Below the pieces are notes generated by a model. That model saw only the letters and a program-made list of their open reading frames with translations. It made no database searches and was not told the origin of the DNA. A stretch of 64,000 bases of DNA, taken from Tubiluchus corallicola (taxonomy: Eukaryota; Animalia; Priapulida). Made by a program: the position numbers and the translations under genes. The DNA lies in the NCBI GenBank assembly GCA_030141605.1, contig JAQGDQ010000016.1, positions 1,304,282 to 1,368,281 of the forward strand. Reading direction: 5' to 3'. Shown in pieces: positions 1-53,328 of the stretch. The first letter of the stretch is position 1. Each line of letters begins with the position of its first letter.

Positions 1-285
1 GACTAATGTTCTCATTTTAGTTTACTGTTGCATCTTATAATAGAGCTCGTTTTTGATGCTAAATAGAACTCATGCTTGCCCCGAATTAGACTATTTCTCT
101 GTTTTGTAGATTTTTGCAGTAGTGGAACTTCGTAGAAATATTAATGGTCTCTTAGGAACGCATCAGTTAGACTAATGTTCTGCCAATATCCATTCCTCCA
201 ACGTTGTGCAGTTACTTAAACTTACTTTCCATATGTTTTAAAACCCCCAAGGAAACAAATTTACCCATCTATCTTCAACTTGCTT

Positions 286-1437
286 GCCGCTAGCTCCGGG
301 TAGGAGTACGCTTTAATGATAACTGCTGTCTACCCTGTCTACGGGTCTAACTTTATGATTCTGTACTGCATAACAAAGTTGCATATATTGAATTGTCAGT
401 TCCGTCTGTCTGTCTGTCCGTCAGTCACTACTTTTTCTCGGCCGTGGAGTAATGTAGGTTATCTATACCTCGCACGGACATAGGGCATCATTCAAGCTGT
501 TAGTTTTTCAATCAATCGGTGTAGTTTTGAACTTTTGACGCATAACAATTATACGGTATAATAAGAATATTTTTATCGCTATAATAAGCTGCGTACCGCG
601 ACTATAGGTTTATTGGTCATATATGTTTGTTTGTATCTGTACGTCATGCGTCTCTAGATGTCTATACTTTCTATACGTCTATATGTATCTGTACGTTTAT
701 CAGTATCTGGCCATTTTTTTACGTAATTAACCGTCAAGTAACATTGAAGGATATCACCTCGCGCAGTGGAAGGGCATCTTTCAAGCGCGGAGCCGACTAC
801 AGAAGTTTCGGTCCTAAACATCTATCTGTCTCTTTGTCTGTCAGTCTGTTACCACTTTCGCTCGCTCCCGAGTAATCTAAAAAGTTGAAACGTCTTACAA
901 CTGTAGGGCATGGTTCAACCTCGTATACATACTGTAAATTTTGGGGTCAGTTGGCACAGCTTTCTTGAAGATTTGTGTATAGCAAAGTTCTGTAACTATC
1001 GCTCAAGTGTACGTGATCGAGTGACAACTAAGTGAATTATGATTCATTATAAGCATCAGATAACAACAATCACTAACATATGTTATGCAGAAAACATATT
1101 TTTGTGACAGCCTCCATGTACGTAAACCCGCAGGATATGATGGTAGTCTGTGGTTTTTCAAAGCCTTCAAGTATACCTGTATCTGAATTTAGATCTTTGT
1201 TTGAAGTTTTAAGTTTTTAAATCCACACGCATTGTAACTCGGACACGTTTAAAGTTTCTTCTATTAAAAATTCAAATTAGAATTCTGGCCAAATTAGAAA
1301 TTTAGTATCATTTTAAGTGTCATTGGAGAATATACATCTTTGAAATTGTCTCAGAATATATCGACCTCGTCATGGCAACTATGTCCCTTTACTTAAGTTA
1401 CTTTAGTTAAGATTCTGCTTATAGCAGAATCTTCTTG
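286..1437. mobile_element. Helitron/Helentron-associated (HINE/DINE-like) repeat cluster
   Basis: Two similar blocks with a (GTCT)n microsatellite followed by ...GAGTAAT...TAGGGCAT..TTCAA (about 405-500 and 820-920); terminal hairpin AAGATTCTGCT-TAT-AGCAGAATCTT (1409-1433) followed by CTTG and a T-rich flank. Confidence 0.4.
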
Positions 1438-1692
1438 ATTTTTTAATTTAGTTTGAGTTTAATATTATAAAATGCAAAAAAGTGCAAATTATATTTTTTT
1501 ATTTTCCTGCAAGTTATGTATGTTTTGTTTTGAGATTAAAATGATAATCTTTACGAATTTACCATCATATGCATACGTCTGTATTCTGACAGCACAAGTT
1601 TCCTTACCATCATTTTGCATTTTACTGCAGTTATAGTTTCATAGTAGACTGTTTGAGGATATCATATCCAGAACTTTCCAGAAATTTATTTT

Positions 1693-3910
1693 ATGTCTAT
1701 TCTCTACCGAACGTGCAAAACAGATGTGAAAAAAATCTGCCAAAGGACTGGAAAGATGTTCTTAAAACTACTCTGCCCTGTTATTAATAAGGTTCCCTTG
1801 TATACAAAAAGGATACTGTCAGAGCTTAAATTAAAACACTTGTAAAAATTTACTATAACCATTTTAAAGTTATCCGAATAATTACTTTTGTCATTACTGT
1901 TACAGACAAGAGGTGTGCAATACAACCTATAAACATCAAGCAGTGTCATAAACGAATGGTCTCATAAAATATATTTTTGTCCCTTGCTATAAAAATCTGG
2001 TCATATTTTTGTACAAATGCAACCTTTTTATAAGTTGAACTGGTTTTCACGTTTGTTAGGCAGTGTTTGCATCTGTCATGCATCTTGAATGGACGTAGCT
2101 CATTTACGAGGAAGGACGAAAACATATCACATTGTAGAAATGTAATGGTAATAAAAATAAATGAGATGTGACACTTCATTGCTCAGAAGAAGATTCTGTT
2201 TCAGAACTATAGAGAAATTTTGGGCAATAACAGGAATGACAAGGTAACAGCAATGACTAGTGAGGTAACAGTACAACAAGAATGACACATATACACACTA
2301 TATAAGCAACAACAAGTGTTTTATTAAATCTTCGTAACTGTTTGACAAGAACAGAAAAAATACAGCTTTTAAATTTTTTATAAAAAGAACAATATCCATA
2401 AAAAACTCACTATATAATAAATTTTAATTTGAAAATCCGTCGTTTCTGCTATGCTCTAGCAATCTTTGTCAGGAGTATATTATGAGGCATTAAAATTCGA
2501 AACAAAACAAAAGCATTATAGCAAAACTAAGGGTATCTATGAAAACAATAATCATAGAGGAGAAAAACAGAAAATGTAATCTATCATTAATATAATATAG
2601 AATGATAATTCTTTAATATATATATTATATATGTGTGTGTGCGTGTGCGCGCGTGCATGTGTGTGCGTGCATGCGTGTGTGATTTTTATTTAAAGCTAAG
2701 TTTTTACAATTAAGGCAGATTCAACTACGTGTTTCTTTAGTGATGTTCCTAGCTGGAAACGTTGGATTTCTCTAATGTAAATTTACTAATATTCATTATA
2801 TAATGGATTGTTTATGAAATAGGTCAGAACAGATTTGGCCAAAAACAGATTTGTTTTAAGAAAAATCACAGGAACAGTAATCTTGTTGAAACTCAAACTG
2901 CACGTACATTATCGCAGCTGCTAATGGAACGCCATAAGAAAATATTAAATTATAAATGCCTTTGTCTTCTACAGGTACATCTATTGGCTAATCTACCCAT
3001 GCCATTGTTTAAACTGTGAAAAGCAGAAACTTCATGTTGTGCTAGTTTCCTTTCTATAAGCCAGATGGTCTCTCTGCTACTACACAATACTACTCTGAAA
3101 TATCAAGATATCTTCTTACGTGTCATTGCTGTTACTTTGTTGTCACTCCTGTAACTTGAACGATTATAACAGGAGTGACAGTAACAGGAATGACTGTCAA
3201 GGAAAAAAACCTGCTCACACGGGCTAACTATCCTACTTCACCCTTTCCAAATAATTAGATTCAACACAGTAAAGTACTAAAATTAACCAGGCATGATTAT
3301 AAGCATTTTATGTTCTGTTTTCTAATAACGGGATATATAACAGTAATGATCATGAATTAACATATCCAGAAACAATGAACCCAAACTTTTGTCAGAAAAC
3401 TTAAAAAAATATTGGAGAAGCCACCGTTAAAAAGTTTGCCAAATCACAATAGGTGGTGCTCTCTACTAACAAATATTTAAAACAATAGAGTCAATCAGTG
3501 GTACATGCCTCAGCTTTTCCACCAAAGTAACAGGAATGTCGTTGAACTTGGAGACACACGTGAAATTAAACAACACAAATATTTGCTAGTTCTGAAAGTA
3601 TTTGGGAAGAGGAGTTTCACCTTTAGTGTGCTGTTTAGAATAAAATACTGCAAATTAGTTTTTAAACGGATACTTTCTGCCAAATCTATCTAGAAAAGTT
3701 GAAAATGGGCACTGGGGACATAGGAAAAACTTTCACAGGAACTGATTTCAGCTTCAATAGAAATGTCCAAATCACTTTTCTGGCAACAAATACAACTGGA
3801 ATAAGTTTCTTTGGTGTCTACCAGTCATGAGACAGTATTGCACCAGAAACTTTGTTATTTAAAAAAATTATCCTGGGACAAAAATTGTACGTTCTGTGGA
3901 GAATGGCCCA
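1693..3910. mobile_element. Old unclassified DNA transposon with imperfect TIRs
   Basis: Left ATTCTCTACCGAACGTGCA versus right (reverse complement) GGGCCATTCTCCACAGAACGTACA; internal repeated GTAACAGGARTGAC motifs. Confidence 0.3.
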
Positions 3911-4649
3911 CTTACAGAATGCTAATATTTTTCATCTGAAGACTGAAACTGAAAGGGTAAAAAAAGTGTAGAATATATACGGGTATCTCTTAATGGGAAC
4001 GAGTGTGGATTGCAGAAAGATGACTGATGTCCCACGTTGTCCCACAACTTAAGAGGCTTATGGTACTAAATCAAATACTGCTTGTAAATCTGTTTCTGAA
4101 AGAAGTCGAAATAATTAATTTAAAAAAGCCCAGTCTGTATTTTCGTAGGAGATGCTACTTAAGTAGTCCAGTCGGTATTGTATTGGCAGTTTATCTTGGA
4201 GCTTTGTTTGTTTTCTTTTGCGGTCAAGAGCGGGTTCTAGGCTTTATAGTTTAAAGCACCTAAGTTTAGCACTTGGAAAGGGAAGCCCAACTGACCCAGT
4301 AATTGGCGCGAAAAGACACAGTTCTGTAATGCATGGCTTCATATTCCAGCTGCTGGAGAAACTATATTTGGAACTGATCACAGCTTCCTCATAACTGCGC
4401 ATGAGACTCGGAAAGCTTTCCGTGTGTCAAGGAACTGTATTTTTGTTTGCCTTGCATTTTATTCACTGTCTGAATAATGCAATAAGGCTGGTCTTGTGGT
4501 CGTGTTAGCGTGATTGCCTCTTTTATTTCAAAAAACACCTTGTTACACAAAGAAATTTTTTTCGAAAGTTGGCGGAGGTGATTAACAAATAATGGAAGCA
4601 GAAAGTCCATAATTATAGTTGCTAAAAATGGGTAAATGTAGTGTTGGAA

Positions 4650-5046
4650 TAGGGGTGAGCATTCTCTACCAGAAAGCGAATTCGAATCGAATCGAATCGA
4701 ATTTGTGACTTTCTAATTCGAATTGAACCGAACTTCATTATTTCGATTTCAAATTGAGATTGAATGATTTTCGAACCAGTTTTCGAACCACCAGTAAAAA
4801 TTAGTTTTACAAAGATCATGCATATTACTCGACTTTGTTCTACAGTAAAACCACTAATAATGTGTCTAAAAAATTGTGCACAGAAATCACAGCTAAATTA
4901 TGCTAATTGCATGGTGTTTCAAACATTTTAATGATAAAGAACGCATGTGGTTGAAGTGCTGAATTATTTGAATCTATTGTTTTAGGTTCGAAACGAATTC
5001 GAACTAAAAAACTCGTTCGCACTCAAACGTTCGATGCTCACCCCTA
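4650..5046. mobile_element. hAT-like MITE, copy 1 (TTCGAA-rich)
   Basis: 13-bp TIR TAGGGGTGAGCAT/ATGCTCACCCCTA; near-perfect TSD GTGT(T)GGAA; second copy at 18054-18443. Confidence 0.85.
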
Positions 5047-5574
5047 GTGTGGAACATAGTGTTGTTCAAATGCCAGTGTCTGCCAACTAGAATTCGTTAG
5101 GTTGATAAACAGAATGATAAAAAAGTTACGAAACTAAAAGGCAAAATGTACAATATAATACTGGTCGACACCACATAGAAGCAGCCCCTGAAAGCGCCTA
5201 GTGAACTTAGTTCAATTGTATGATTTAGCTTTTGCTGAAGTTTTACTAAACGTTTACGAACATGTTAAGTTTTCTGGCACTCATAGCGGGTAGCAGTCTC
5301 GATGTAGCGAATCATTTCAGGTAGAGCGCGCTCATTGTCACCAGGATCATAGTTAATACTGTACAGACTACTGTCTATATGTTCTCTATAAAATTTATTA
5401 AATAGTGAAATGTTTGTAGTGAATCTTAGTGATAACACTAAGCATGGAAAACGACCCTTCAACTAACTTCTGAGTCTCATATAGAGCAAATTCGTGCAGT
5501 TTTGCTTGTCTCATTGCAAGATTTCAGGTAGTATAATATTAATTCAAATGCTTACTTTCCACAATATTTTTTGT

Positions 5575-5890
5575 ACAGGGTGTCTCAGAAATCACTATAA
5601 CACTTTACATTTCCTGTATTTTTCAATAAGCAAAGCAAAATCTTTGAAAGTAATTCATACTGATGAACTGAAACCTTGAGAAATTCTTTTAGGCAAATTA
5701 GACGATAATCTGAAAAGACTACTGCTCGAGTAGGTTTTTTCTATTTTAGCCACCTTCTTCAAGGACTTCAAGAGTTTTAGAGAACGTTACTGTGGCAAGT
5801 GGGGCATCTTGCATTGAAGAAGTCTCTCACAGCCCCTGAGTTGTGAGGAAGGGCTGCACCTTGTTGAAAAACTACATTGTTTTTAGTGCA
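5575..5890 (-). mobile_element. Tc1/mariner transposase remnant
   Basis: TA-CAGGGTGT terminus; minus-strand FQQGAALPH...VRDFFNA resembles the mariner FQQDGAPPH...VRxFLN motif. Confidence 0.5.
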
Positions 5891-8285
5891 CTGCCGATGT
5901 GGTGCTCTAAATTTCCGCTGAAATTTTGACGTCATTTCTAACGCTACTGTCGTCGCCATAGCAACGGAGTTCCGGTCAAAAACTCAATAAAAATTGCCCT
6001 AGACCCTTTTTGATTCGAGTAAGAGCTTACCAAGATTGGACAAAAAATCAAAATATATAGTGACTTATAGAAGCCCTACAGATTAAACCCAGTTCAACCG
6101 TTTATTGGAAGAATTTACATGCGTGATATATTAGAAGGTATTCTTTGGACATTCTCCATCAAACGCCACTTTTATCTACCACGCTAGTAGTCCATAAAAC
6201 ATTCATTTTGACTTATGACGCCACACAGTTCAGCTTCAGCTTTTCTTTTCGAGAACTTTTTCATTGTATATTTGCATGTTTTGATAGGTGTAGAATGTCA
6301 TGAGTGTCTCCAAATTCACATAGAACCTTACTGGTAGGTTTGCCCTACCATCTAAGGTAATTTAATTGAAAAGGACTAGTGAAGGACTGCACAAATGTTT
6401 TGCGTAAACACGTGCGTCATTCAAAGTCTGTTTAAGCGTCGTAGAATTAATTGTGCATAATCACCCTAATTTTGTTAAGCAGTGCATGTAAGATAATGTT
6501 AACAGCTGTTGCTTCTATTGCGTAAGACATTCGTCAGCATATTTATAGATAATTTCAAGGACCTACTGCTATGCACCACACTGCCACTAATTAATTAAAT
6601 ATTACTATATCTGGATTTGGGTATTTTCAGAAATCGTAGGTAACAAGCAAAGTGAAGCCCAGTTCAGGGTGCGAGCGTTCAGTGCAATAGAGAAGCCATA
6701 ATCGCTGCCCCACATCTTGACTGCTTATTTCCGTCCTCCCACATCTTTTGCGTGCATGTGCGTGATGGATCAATATGATGCTGCTCTGTGCCGAACGCTA
6801 CCTGTTATCAATAAATCACTACTGTAGTTTCAGCTTATTGTTATTGGCTCGAAGAGAACTGTTGTCTGTGTGACCATTATGCTGTACATAAATAGCAGGG
6901 GTCTTTGAGGCCATCACCAGATGTATAAGGTTGGAGGCATGTCCAAAATTAAACATTTATGCGCCTAATTCTAATGCAATCGTTCCAATGATCCAGTGCA
7001 CAAGCCCCATAATTTTGTAAATATTTATTTATTAAATCAAGGCACCCGAAATACTGGAAATGTGAAAAATTCAACAATCTAATTATATCTGCTAGTGATT
7101 TATCGGGTGAATTATCATTTTTTTCACCAGTAATAATGAAACACGTGTCTGACTCTAGTTGACCCTGCATTCTGGTATCCTGCGCTCATCATAATGCTTC
7201 TAATTTTGTAGTTGTGGAAGAACCAGTAGCTAGTAATATCAACAGTTAGGTGTATTAGTCATGTTTTGTATACATGCATATCATGTATACATTTTTCCTC
7301 GATGAACGCTAACGTTAGCTAAAAATTGCTTAGCTTGGATAAATTAAGAAAAACTATGCACCAACCTATGTTTGGCATTTATAAAGGCAAAATTACGATT
7401 GCTGGCATGTAATACTCGTAACTTGTGCACGTTCGTTCCAATAACCAAAGTTCACGTCTAAATTAAAAATACGGTTACAAGCTTTCTTTATAAATCACTT
7501 GCCAGGTTTCCCGTTAATACGTGCAGTTCTGGCTGAACAAGACTGCATGTGTATTTGAACTCCACTCTCATTTACTCTTATCAAAACATTAGATAAAACA
7601 GTGATTTACAAAATTGTTGCTAGTGTTCTGCAAACATCGCTTAATAGCTTATTGCAGCGTACTGCAGTGCACTTTGACCTGTTTTGTCACATCGCATTCA
7701 AGATAGGATCTTCTTTTTCTTACGCATAATTAGCGTTCCAAAATCTTCACACTTGCGCAACTGCAATAATCCTAGAAAAGAGTATTCCCCAGTTATCAGG
7801 GATTAGCTGAAAAAGTTCTGTTTTGTATTAAGACTGCAGATAGTTTGCAAAAAATTTGGGCAATTTCAAGAGCAGAGCAGGCGATGCGAAACAGCAAAAG
7901 CTATTTGTGTATTGGACTTGTTCATGGGAAAGCTCTTAATACATCATACGAAAGTAAGATCAGCGATGTTTTGAAATCACCCAGAAATTAAATAGTATTG
8001 CTCTCTAGGTCTACTTTATGTTCTCATGTCGACTGTGCAGAGTTTAGAGATTAATCAGTGAATTTCTGGTTTATTAGACTTAAAATTAGTCCAGCATAAG
8101 TGATATTGTGGGCTAATGGTACATAAAAATCGTATAGTTTTACATTGCTTGATTGGAGAAACCCACTTTTTACGATTGTCCAGTCATTATGCCTGAATTG
8201 CACATTTTTCTCCTTGTATTTTGTATTTTGTAAAGTAGTACATTAGTAAGTATACTATGAGCCTATATGATGCTTTTCTTTTTAG

Positions 8286-47675
<39,390 letters not shown>

Positions 47676-47895
47676 TATCAGGTACATTGTTTTTTGTTTT
47701 GTTTTTGTCGTAATTTTTTTCTCCAGGGTGGCAAAGAAGTTACTTAAGTTGAATTGAGTTCTTTGAATTTAAGAAATGAGTGTTTAGTCCAATACGTACA
47801 ATGACACATAAATCTTATAAAGTACTATACTTTCTCCTCTTTCCCTCCCTCCCTCTCTCCCTTTTCTCCCTCTCTCTTCCTCTCTCCCTCTCTTC

Positions 47896-47926
<31 letters not shown>

Positions 47927-48021
47927 ACTCACTCTCTGTGATTTACTGTTTCTGATCTGCTAGTTTATAAATTCAAAATGCATTTTACAATTAATATCTG
48001 TTTTATTTTTATTTGTTGCAG

Positions 48022-51000
48022 AAACTTTCATTTCTGAGTTCCGTTTCACGTCATTCTGGTCACACTTAACAACACATGCACATTCACAATATTAATGAAA
48101 TAAACAAAACAGATGTGGCATTCACTCGTGAAACATTACCAAGTATGGTCGAGCAGTGATGAAGCTACATCTGCCATCACGTACTGTGTTACTATGATCT
48201 GTTTTTTGTCTCAGAAAAGCTATTGTTTTGCTACGTTATTACGTTATTAGTCAGTTGTTGTTTTTGAGTTTTCACTATTTGTACAGTGTTCACAACACTA
48301 TAGTTTTAACTTGTTGAATTTATTCATGTCCGTCATGCTGAATGCACAAGGCTTTTGATTCACATCATCAAACTAAAGCATTTTATGTATAACTTGTTAA
48401 CATCTAGTAATTTTTAGTTTATTTATTTATATTTGCGTGCAGCTACCTCATTATTTCGCACTTGTTTTGTAACACAGTTTGTGAGTGGCTGGTATTGGGT
48501 GGCCCACTGGCCAATGGCCAGTCAGAAGTGCCTTTTCAGAATGTAGGCTGAATCAGCATTTCTGATTAATAGTTGTTAATAGCAACTGTCTTTAGTCAGT
48601 TAATTTTGACAGACATTACAAGAGTAGGTCACTTGTAAAATATTAGACAATTGAGCTGTGACATTGAATGTGATTGGTTGATTTTGTGATCTGGAAACTG
48701 TATGATCAGCCACTGAACTTCATTTGCTATTTCATCATTAGTTATTATTATAAGTATTCTTATTGTAATTTTTCACCTATTCGCATGTGTCACCTTCCCC
48801 GTTCCCTTCAAAATGAGCTACTTCATTTCTTTCGACTGGCCAAGATGGAGCGTCTCATTTTGTCGAAGGGGTGTGACTGTTTTTTTATCATCACTTGGGT
48901 ATTTAACTTACTTATTAACTTATTCATGGAAAACTAAAACAGTATACAAGGAATATTTCCATGATATTGTTAATATTTCTTGCAAATGCATGCATGTTAA
49001 TAAAGCCTTTCAGTTTATTAAAGGATTCTTTGTGATACTGGTGTAAAATGTCAGTTGTCACGGACTTGAGTGAACAATATATATATGTCTGCGAAGGTGG
49101 GTAGCAAGTTATTTCGTAAGTTGCTTGAATATGGTGTTAAAGAACATTTCTATGAAAGTACGAATTACCATTACCATTGTAAATTTTCTAATTATATTTA
49201 TGAATATAATATATAATGTATAATTAATATATTAAAACTTCCACAATGCAAGGCGAAACTGTGCACAATATGCGTGCCAGGCTTTCTCGTTGCTACTAGC
49301 AATGTATGTGTGCCTCGTGTGGAAATCTTTTTATCATTTTTGGAATAATATATTATTGGTATTGAGAGGCCAGAGATCTATAAACTGAACTTGTTTAATA
49401 TATAAATATAAATGGATTGTTCTCTTGTTTGCATTTCTATTTATTTCTCAAATTTTTGATGAACTTGTTTTCGATTCTGATTTTCGTTATAAATTTTATA
49501 AATATTCTGGTCGTGTATGATGTCTTCTGTAAGAGAAGGTCTTGCAGGCTTGTTGCAGGAATTTAGCGAGTACACTCGAACGTTGCACTCACACACTACA
49601 CTCACAGTGCCGTTACCGTTTAGGTTTCTGTCTTCCATTGTGAGTATAGTGAAGTAACTAAGGCAACAGAATTTGTTTATTACATAATTTTTAACCTATG
49701 CATTTTTTGGTGTGACGTGTATATGTGAATTAAATGTTCAGCATTTGAATTTTATACATGTTTTCCATCTGCTTTCAAGCTATTGTGTCATTGATATTGC
49801 AGCTTGTTATTTGGAATTTGATATTTAAATACTAGTATTTAGTAGTAGTGTCATACATAGTGTTTTTCTTGCTAACTTCTTAAGTGCACAATATATTGCC
49901 AGACTTCATCTTTAAATCGCAGATGAAAGCAGTAATTTCATGCCTGTGTATATACTTTGAATATTTTGATAAAAAGAAACAATTGGTGTACTAGCTTATT
50001 TTTAGCCAAACTTGTTCCGTTTATTCACACATTGTAAAATTTGTTGATTTATCATTACTTGCCTTTAATCTGCATTTCGTTGTGGTTACCTGTTTACTTT
50101 TATACTAAAGTTCGTTGTTACATATAAAGTTCCCACATGTAAGTGGGAATTGTACAGTTTATTAATTTACACATCAATTAGTGAAGCTGTCAAACTTGCC
50201 CAGTCAAAATTAATCTTTACTATCAAATTTTGTATATAGTTGGTTCATGTCTGAGTTTGGTTAGTATCCCATTTGTGTGATTTTTTTTCGTTTTACGTAA
50301 ACTTTACATTTCAAAAGACGTCATGTGTTCTGGCTATCCGCAGTGTAATAAATACAAGATTTTTTGCTTATTTTTTGCAATTTGAATGTTGATAGAACTA
50401 AAGTACTCTTCAAAATTCGTAGATGCTATTCTTGTGTGAATTTTACCGCAGTTATTATAAGTGCTTCATAGTGTTTATCTTTCCATTTTGACACTTTCTT
50501 ATACTGTTCTTTTAATTAAATAAGTAATGTGGTTAATTAATCGCAAAAATCTCTCATTATCAAAAGCCTGATAACCTCAGCTGCCTAGATTTGAGATAGT
50601 TTATTCCAGATAGTTTAATCCTATATTCCAAAACAATATAAGATTAGTTTTTATTTGGCAAATCTGGAGTAAAGAGTAGTAGCTAAAGTTACTTAAGTAA
50701 TATCTGTTCCATGTTTAGTTTTATGAAGCTCTTCCAGATTACTTTGCAATCATTTTTGCATGTCAGCTTGACTAGGTGCCTGTACAACTATGATTTGCTG
50801 AATATCAATGGGTGTTGAGCCATATGCTGAATTAGTCTGTGAAATTGTAGAGTTAATATAAAAAAGCTGAAGTACACATGGTTGTCTTTTTAAAATGTTA
50901 AGATTTTTCTCCTACTTAACTTAAAATCTCTTCTTTGTCTAAATCTAAAACACACAACTTTAAAATGATGTCAGTAAATTGTAATTTTATGTGTTTGCTG

Positions 51001-52091
51001 TGTTGATACTGATAATAACAATTACACTGTATAAAACGTTTAGTGCATGCTGTTGTTTTATTCTTGTTTATTTAAACTTTAACTATATTTCTGTGTTACA
51101 ATAAATGAACTCAAAACAGAAAATGCAATGCCTTATATGTTTAAAATTCCTGGCAAGAGCAAGGGGGTATTTTACAGTACAATTCTAATGTTGTATATGA
51201 TAGATATCATGAAGCAACATATTTTTATCATAATAGCTTATTGCCACACACACTAACATTTCTGGAAGTCAGTGATCAAAAGTTATATTACTGCATACCT
51301 AATTGCTCAGTTTAACAATATTAAATTATAAATCTACTCGTATTTTGCTTAATAAAAACTTTAATTTGCAAACAATATGCAGCCAATAATATGCTAGAAT
51401 CTGTTTTGTTTCTCGTGTCAAGTCAAACTCATGTACACAACCTTTTAAGATCACTCTCCACAGTAAGAACAGTGACACATGGGGACCTCGTGTTAAAATT
51501 AATGCTTTAGTATTTACAGTGAATTGCAGCTTTGTATTATGTATAACAAATAGATATCAGTTGTCAGAGTTTCACAATGTAGTGAAATGAAAAAGTGAAC
51601 TCATACAGTATCATGCTGAGTGCATTTGATGCTGCTCATTGTCTAATAATCAAAATACGAGAAAAAATTCACTAATAATTCTTGTTGCTGGTGTTGATCA
51701 AATGCACTAATCTTGTAATCTGATGTGACTTATCAAATGCACTTTCATTGTTTCTTTCATACACGTTCCTTAATCATTGCCTTCTTTTTGGTTGTTAAAT
51801 GTACGGTGTCATTTTGAGTAATTTATCTTACTTAGCTGTCCACATTGTTTTTCATTTGACAGGTAGTTTTGATTTTTGTTAAGCGGCCATGCAATTTGTT
51901 TTTTTTACAGAAAAAGTGGCAATTTGTTAACATTCTACTTTATTTACTCTCATTTTATGTGTCTGTTTATGTGCGTAATGTATAGGTATTGTAAATTTTT
52001 TTCGTATTATGCTACTCTAATTTTTTTTCATTAAATTTCTATTTATGTGCAAGTTGCTGCAAATCTTTTAGGTGCTAATCGATGAAATAAA
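48022..52091 (+). other. Putative long 3'UTR exon of calcineurin A with several AATAAA signals
   Basis: Acceptor ttttatttgttgcag at 48021 paired with donor CAG|gtacat 6 nt after the stop; about 4 kb of U-rich sequence with no recognisable TE; AATAAA near 49007, 50347, 51100 and 52086. Confidence 0.45.
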
Positions 52092-52527
52092 AGAAATGTT
52101 CACCTTCCATGCAAATAATTATATGTAAGTCTTAGTAAAATTAATAGTTGATCACTACAGCAATTTACCGTTAAAAATAATTAACAATGTTAATACTCAA
52201 TTAAAAATTATTCGCAAATGAGCATAACCATTAACCAAGCCTAGCCCTAAGTGTCCAACGTGAGACTCGTCGTAAATATTCCGTCAATGTGTTACCAAGT
52301 GATTGGCTTTCCTGTTGAAGATATCCCGTAATGCTTATTGGGGAATCGCGACGTGACGTGCAGAAATTGCTGAAATTCTAAACAATATTTTAAAAACAGG
52401 CACATTTCCGCAGGATATTCATAAAGGAATACTTATCCCTTTACCCAAGCCAGGTAAGAAACGAGGTCCTATATAAAATCTTAGACCATTGATGTTGCTT
52501 ACACTACTATACTAAGGAAGATCTGTA

Positions 52528-53173
52528 CCGTTACCGTCGAAGGATAGAGGTTAAGCATACATAGCTTATAAACCTCTCCACTCTTCCTTGTTTACTTTGT
52601 CAATATTAAGAATACATAATGGGTGGCGACACTACGATCACGAAGCGAAGCATAGGGTTTCTTGTTGCCATTGTGGCAACCTGGGGTCTATATATTTTTC
52701 AGCATTGTTTTTCCAAAATCTATGGAGACGAGACTTAAACTGGGCAGGATTGGGTGCTTGTATTACATGGTCAGGCAGCTTGTTCCACTCATTAATTACT
52801 CGCCTTGCGAATGTGAATCTTCTTCTGTTCCACCTTTTGGGAACTGTTCTCTTCTTGATTTTGTAGGAGTGACCTCTGGTACCATGATATGTCTGTCGGT
52901 GAAAAAATATTTCACTGTTGATGGTTTCTATGCCTTTAAGAATACGGAATGTTTGGATTAAATCTTGTCTTTTGCGTCTGTATTTCAGAGTTGTAAGGCC
53001 GAGAATCTTAAGTCTTGCAACATACGGTAAATGAGAAATGGCAGGTACAAGTCTAGTAGCTCGACGTTGTATACTTTCAATTTTTCTTATCATGTCTTGA
53101 CGATTTGGGCTCCAAATCACATCACCATAATCCAGAATAGGACGAACGATTGATTTATATAGTTTGGTCGCCA
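52528..53173 (-). mobile_element. 3' end of a CR1/L2-type LINE nested in the RTE element
   Basis: LYKSIVRPILDYG..WSP..KIESIQRRATRLV..Y..RL..LGL.TL..RR...DLI..F....TRGH..K...F..RVI..WN.LP; 3' stem-loop AGAGGTT...AACCTCT; (ACGGTA)n-like tail; CTGTA on both sides. Confidence 0.9.
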
Positions 53174-53328
53174 CTGTATGTTGACTAGGATCTATGACAG
53201 GTTACACACTTACATTCCAACAAGCCAAGCAGCATATCAACCAGGACGGAATACTACTGAATTAGTACAAGCCTGTAAATTACTAGCCGGAAAAGCCATC
53301 TCTTCTGCTGATTACTCAATACATATTC

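Noticed and set aside
7884-7953. ATG-initiated 70-nt phase-1 segment with an AAA|gtaaga donor that could splice to exon 2 as a first exon
   Set aside because: The peptide (MRNSKSYLCIGLVHGKALNTSYE) has no resemblance to the conserved T.RVVK/ERVI end of CnA exon 1 and there is no promoter evidence; the true exon 1 is probably upstream of the window.
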